NCBI GenBank assembly: GCA_036154955.1
Contig: JAYZWL010000106.1
Span: 7,053 to 71,052 of the forward strand
Reading direction: 5' to 3'
Length of the DNA: 64,000 bases
From: Pseudomonadota bacterium
Lineage (GTDB): Bacteria; Pseudomonadota; Alphaproteobacteria; Rhodobacterales; Rhodobacteraceae
Of the stretch, positions 59,050 through 64,000 are shown one piece after another (position 1 is the stretch's first letter; each line of letters opens with the position of its first letter). The translations under genes and the position numbers were made by a program. The notes beneath the pieces were generated by a model, which saw nothing but the letters and a program-made list of their open reading frames with translations, did not search any database and was not told the origin of the DNA.

Positions 59050-60330
59050 ATGACACGCCGGCCCGTCCCCATTTCCGACGCCGAGAATTATCCGCGCTGG
59101 CGGCGTCCGGATGCGTTGTTGCTGCTGATGGCCGCCGGTCTGCCGCTGGCCTTCGCGACCTGGAGCGCGTTGCTCAACAACTTCGTGGTCGAGGCCGCGG
59201 GCTTCGACGGCTCCGACATCGGCTGGCTGCAGACGGTGCGGGAAATCCCGGGCTTCGCCGCCATCGGCGTCATCGCCGTGATCCTGTTCGTGCGCGAACA
59301 GACGCTGGCGCTGATCTCGCTGGCCATGCTGGGCGTCGCGACGGCGGTGACCGCGCAGTTCCCGACCTTCGGCGGCCTGCTGATCACCACCTTCATCGGC
59401 AGCCTGGGCTTCCACTATTACGAGACGGTCAACCAGAGCCTGCAGCTGCAATGGCTGCCCAAGAAGGACGCGCCGCGGATGCTGGGGCGGATCCTGGCGG
59501 CGGCCTCGGGCGCCTCGCTGCTGGCCTACGGGCTGATCGTGGGGGCGTGGAAGACCTTCGATCTCAGCTATAACACGGTCTACATGGTCGGCGGGCTGGC
59601 GACGCTGGCGGTGGCGATCTTCGCCCGCTTCGCCTATCCGAACTGGGAGGCGCCGCATCCGCAGATCAAGAAATTCGTGCTGCGGCGACGCTACTGGCTC
59701 TACTACCTGATGACCTTCTTCGCCGGCGCCCGGCGGCAGATCTTCATCGTGTTCGCGGCCTTCATGATGGTCGAGAAGTTCGGCTATCAGGTGCATGAGA
59801 TCACCGCGCTGTTCCTGATCAACTACCTGGCGAACATGATCTTCGCGCCGATCGTCGGGCGGATGATCGGGCGCTATGGCGAGAAGCTGGCGCTGACCAT
59901 CGAATATGCGGGGCTGGTCGGGGTCTTCGCGCTCTACGCCGGGGTCTACCATTTCGACTGGCCGGCCTGGGCGGCGGCGGGGCTCTATGTCGTCGACCAC
60001 CTGCTGTTCGCGATGGCCTTCGCGCTGAAGACCTATTTCCAGAAGATCGCGGCGCCCGGCGATATCGCCCCGACCGCGGCGGTGGCTTTCACCATCAACC
60101 ACATCGCGGCGGTGTTCCTGCCCGCCGCGCTGGGCTACCTGTGGCTGGTCAGCCCAGAGGCGGTGTTCGTGCTGGCCGTCAGCCTGGCGGCGAGCTCGCT
60201 GACGCTGGCCCGCTTCATCCCCCGCCATCCGGAGGAGGGGCGCGAGACCGTCTTCGCGCGCGGCCCGCTGCCCGCGACCCCGCCCGCCGCGCCGGCCGCG
60301 ACCGGCTCCGCGCCGACGCCGGCGGGGTGA
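59050..60330 (+). CDS. MFS-type transporter
   Basis: AAGGA upstream of the ATG. About 12 TM segments with two 6-helix halves separated by a basic loop (KKFVLRRRYW). Confidence 0.8.
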   Translation: MTRRPVPISDAENYPRWRRPDALLLLMAAGLPLAFATWSALLNNFVVEAAGFDGSDIGWLQTVREIPGFAAIGVIAVILFVREQTLALISLAMLGVATAVTAQFPTFGGLLITTFIGSLGFHYYETVNQSLQLQWLPKKDAPRMLGRILAAASGASLLAYGLIVGAWKTFDLSYNTVYMVGGLATLAVAIFARFAYPNWEAPHPQIKKFVLRRRYWLYYLMTFFAGARRQIFIVFAAFMMVEKFGYQVHEITALFLINYLANMIFAPIVGRMIGRYGEKLALTIEYAGLVGVFALYAGVYHFDWPAWAAAGLYVVDHLLFAMAFALKTYFQKIAAPGDIAPTAAVAFTINHIAAVFLPAALGYLWLVSPEAVFVLAVSLAASSLTLARFIPRHPEEGRETVFARGPLPATPPAAPAATGSAPTPAG

Positions 60331-60398
60331 CGCGATGAGGGGGGCCGACCTGCCCGCCGCCGGGAGACCGGCCGGCCCCCTCCCCTGCGGGGGACGCC

Positions 60399-61856
60399 GT
60401 GACTGAACCGGCGCCGAACCCGAGCGCCGCCCCCCGGCCCGCGACCGGGCTTTCGGAGGAGGGGCGCTTCACCCGCGGCTCCACCATGCGGCATGTGGCG
60501 GTGATGACGCTGACCGGCTCGCTGGGCCTGACCTTCATGTTCCTCGTGGACTTCGTGACGCTGCTTTACGTCTCGATGCTGGGGGACGAGCGGCTGACCT
60601 CCGCGGTGGGCTACGCCTGGACCATCCAGTTCTTCACCGTGGCGATGGGCATGGGCTTCGGCGTGGCGGCGACGGCGCTGGTCAGCCGGGCGCTGGGCGC
60701 GCGGGACCGGGAGCGGGCGCGGCGGATCGCGGGGTCGGTGATGTCGTCGGCCTTCGTGTTCCTGCTGGTCATGGCCTTCGTGCTGACCGCGATGCGCGGC
60801 TGGGTGCTGCACCTGCTGGGGGCGGAGGGCTTCGTGCATGAGCAGGCCTCGGACTTCCTGCTGGTGACCATGCCGACGCTGCCGTTCATGGCCTCGGGCA
60901 TGCTGGGAAGCTCGGTGCTGCGGGCGATGGGCGATGCGCGGCGGGCGATGATGGTGACGCTGTCGGCGGGGATCGTGGTGGCGCTGGCGGCGCCCTTCAT
61001 GATCTTCGACGACGTGTTCGGCATCCCGGCCCTGGGCCTGGGCATCTTCGGCGCGGCGGGGGGGCTGGCGCTGACCCGGGTGTGGACCGCGGGCATGGGG
61101 TTCTACTACGCGGTGATCCATCACGACCTGGTGCAGCGGCCGCGGCTGGCCACGGTGCTGGCGGACCTGCCGGCGATCGTGCGCATCGCCACCCCATCGG
61201 CGCTGACCCAGCTGTCGACCCCGGTGGCGAATTTCCTGCTGACCGCGGCGATTTCGGCCCATGGCGCGGGCTATGTGGCGGGCTGGGCGGTGGTCAGCCG
61301 CATGACGGTGCTGGCCTTCGCGGGGGTGTTCGCGCTGTCCTCGGCCATCGGCGGGATCGTGGGACAGAACTACGGGGCCCGGCGCTTCGACCGGGTGCGC
61401 ACCACCTATCGCGACGCGCTGATCTTCTGCGCGGGCTACGTGGCGGTGGTCTGGGCGATCATGGCGGCGGCGTCGGACGCGCTGTCGGCGGGGTTCTCGC
61501 TGTCCGAGGAGGGGTCGGAGGTGGTCCACGCCTTCGGCGAGATCGGGGCGGGCGGGTTCCTGTTCGCCGGCGCGGCCTTCGTGGCGGTGGCGGCGTTCAA
61601 CAGCCTGGGCCGCCCGGTCTGGTCGACCTGCGTGAACTGGGCGCGGGACGCGGGGGCCATTCCGCTGATGCTGCTGGTGTTCGGCATGCTGCCCTTCGGC
61701 GCGGCCGGGGTGATCTACGCCCAGGCCGCGGGCGGGGCGCTGGTGGGCGTGGCGGCGGGCGCCATCGGCTGGGTCTATGTGCGGCGGCTGGAACGGGCGG
61801 CGGCGGAGCGGCGGAAGGCCGAGGACCGCACGCTTTCGCCCTCTCCGGCCGAGTAG
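60399..61856 (+). CDS. MATE-family efflux transporter
   Basis: 12 TM segments with typical MATE repeats. The start is GTG at 60399 or the internal ATG (MRHVAVM). Confidence 0.9.
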   Translation: MTEPAPNPSAAPRPATGLSEEGRFTRGSTMRHVAVMTLTGSLGLTFMFLVDFVTLLYVSMLGDERLTSAVGYAWTIQFFTVAMGMGFGVAATALVSRALGARDRERARRIAGSVMSSAFVFLLVMAFVLTAMRGWVLHLLGAEGFVHEQASDFLLVTMPTLPFMASGMLGSSVLRAMGDARRAMMVTLSAGIVVALAAPFMIFDDVFGIPALGLGIFGAAGGLALTRVWTAGMGFYYAVIHHDLVQRPRLATVLADLPAIVRIATPSALTQLSTPVANFLLTAAISAHGAGYVAGWAVVSRMTVLAFAGVFALSSAIGGIVGQNYGARRFDRVRTTYRDALIFCAGYVAVVWAIMAAASDALSAGFSLSEEGSEVVHAFGEIGAGGFLFAGAAFVAVAAFNSLGRPVWSTCVNWARDAGAIPLMLLVFGMLPFGAAGVIYAQAAGGALVGVAAGAIGWVYVRRLERAAAERRKAEDRTLSPSPAE

Positions 61857-62728
<872 letters not shown>

Positions 62729-62765
62729 CGCCCAGGCCGGACCTGCGCGTCCGGGGCCCGCCTGC

Positions 62766-62786
62766 GCCCCGGGCTTGACCCGGGGC
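62766..62786. repeat. REP-like GC hairpin, copy 5 (GCCCCGGG-CTTGA-CCCGGGGC)
   Basis: Between the convergent 4-Cys protein gene and xseA. Confidence 0.7.
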
Positions 62787-62824
62787 CTGCCGGGCGCCGC
62801 GCCGAGCCCTCGCCGGGGGGCGGA

Positions 62825-64000
62825 TCAGCCGAACAGGTCGCCCTGGCTGGGCTTTTTCGGCGCGGCCCTGGGCTTGCGCGCGGGTTTCGGCTTCGGCGCG
62901 GGCTCCGACCCAGCCTCCGGCGGGACGGAGGGGGCGCCGTCGATGACCGCGGCGCGCCGCGCGTCGGCGAACTCGATCTCCACCCGCGCGCCGTCGGGGA
63001 TCGGCCCGCCGCGGGTGGCGACGGCGCCGTCCATCCGCACCACCGCGAAGCCGCGGTCCAGCACGTTCTGGTAAGAGAAGCTCTCCAGCAGCCGCCCGGC
63101 GCGGTCGAGCCGCTGGCGCCGCGCCTCCAGCCCCTGCGCCCCCGCCCGATCCAGCCGCGCCGCGAGGCGGGCGAGCGCGTCGCGCCCCCGCCCCGTCTCG
63201 GCCTGCAGCCGCCCCGGGCGCAGGCGCAGGCGCGCGAGGTCGGCGCGCCGCCGCTCGATCAGCCGCGCCAGCAGGTCGGGCGAGAACCGGCCGGCCTTGC
63301 GCTCATATCCCGCCCGCTTGACCGTGGCGAAGCCGGCCAGCGCCCGGGGCAGACGCTCCGCCAGCCGGTCGAGCCGCTGGGTCTGGTCGGAAAGCAGCGC
63401 GTCGGGGCGGGGCAGCAGGCGGGCGAGGTCGCGCAGCCGCCGGCCCCGGTCCTCCAGCATCCGCGCCATGGCCCGGCTGCGCCGTTCCTCGAACCCCGCC
63501 AGGGCGGCGCGCAGCTCGGCGCGCACGGGCACCGCGAGTTCCGCGGCGGCGGTGGGGGTGGGGGCGCGGCGGTCGGACGCGTAATCGATCAGGGTGGTGT
63601 CGGTCTCATGCCCCACGGCGGAGATCAGCGGGATCCGGCTGTCGGCGGCGGCGCGGACGACGACTTCCTCGTTGAAGCCCCACAGATCCTCGACCGAGCC
63701 GCCGCCGCGCGCCACGATCAGCACGTCGGGCCGCGGCACGGGGCCGTCGGGGGAGAGCGCGTTGAAGCCGCGGATGGCGGCGGAGACTTCGGCCGCGCAA
63801 CGCTCCCCCTGCACCGCCACCGGCCAGACCAGCACCTGCACCGGGAAGCGGTCGGCCAGACGGTGGAGGATGTCGCGGATCACGGCGCCGGACGGCGAGG
63901 TCACCACGCCGATCACCCGGGGCAGATAGGGCAGGGGGCGCTTGCGTTCGGGGGCGAAAAGCCCCTCCGCCTCCAAGGTCTTTTTGAGGCGTTCGAGCTT
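62825..64000 (-). CDS. xseA: Exodeoxyribonuclease VII large subunit (N-terminus outside window)
   Basis: The frame is open to the window end (…[48 protein letters not shown]...). The track start 63976 is an internal TTG. Confidence 0.9.
   Translation of the reverse strand, partial: KLERLKKTLEAEGLFAPERKRPLPYLPRVIGVVTSPSGAVIRDILHRLADRFPVQVLVWPVAVQGERCAAEVSAAIRGFNALSPDGPVPRPDVLIVARGGGSVEDLWGFNEEVVVRAAADSRIPLISAVGHETDTTLIDYASDRRAPTPTAAAELAVPVRAELRAALAGFEERRSRAMARMLEDRGRRLRDLARLLPRPDALLSDQTQRLDRLAERLPRALAGFATVKRAGYERKAGRFSPDLLARLIERRRADLARLRLRPGRLQAETGRGRDALARLAARLDRAGAQGLEARRQRLDRAGRLLESFSYQNVLDRGFAVVRMDGAVATRGGPIPDGARVEIEFADARRAAVIDGAPSVPPEAGSEPAPKPKPARKPRAAPKKPSQGDLFG

Overview
High-G+C (about two-thirds G+C by hand counts of single lines) alphaproteobacterial chromosome segment, probably Rhodobacterales-like (inference from gene content and VPLPA-CTERM tails). 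All calls come from reading the translated ORFs and the DNA by eye; no searches were run and coordinates are hand-derived. Most of the window is core metabolism and replication. This includes zapE, sdhCDAB, a mesaconyl-CoA-hydratase-like gene, moeB, ftsK, psuKG, a long sucC...sucD...sucA-sucB...lpdA cluster, gyrB, recF, dnaN, rimO, an adrenodoxin-type ferredoxin and xseA. I found no tRNA, rRNA, CRISPR array, transposase or integrase. Many very long ORFs in the track are antisense or upstream-extension artefacts of the high G+C and were rejected.

Observations most worth a second look:
1. Paired GTGATCAC palindromes sit at the same distance upstream of both sdhC and sucC, suggesting a shared operator.
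2. sucC and sucD are split by about 1.5 kb. The insert carries an unlisted 54-codon ORF with an AGGAGG site, joined by an ATGA overlap to a repeat-rich lipoprotein gene.
3. A low-G+C two-gene cassette (54987..56152) encodes an unrecognisable secreted protein and a membrane protein, both Cys-containing. It lies in a small accessory patch with a ParA-like ATPase, a stand-alone PA14 protein and an orphan BrnA-like antitoxin.
4. A GCCCCGGG-CTTGA-CCCGGGGC hairpin repeat family occurs mostly between convergent genes.
5. Two paralogous small 4-Cys secreted proteins are present. One has no canonical start codon and probably initiates at a CTG overlapping the ferredoxin stop codon.
6. Also notable: two VPLPA-CTERM cargo proteins, an RTX protein with an unknown N-terminal domain and no T1SS nearby, and an AT-rich structured 3' region after recF.

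Nothing here can be called a new system from sequence alone. The low-G+C cassette and the sucC-sucD insert are the best candidates.
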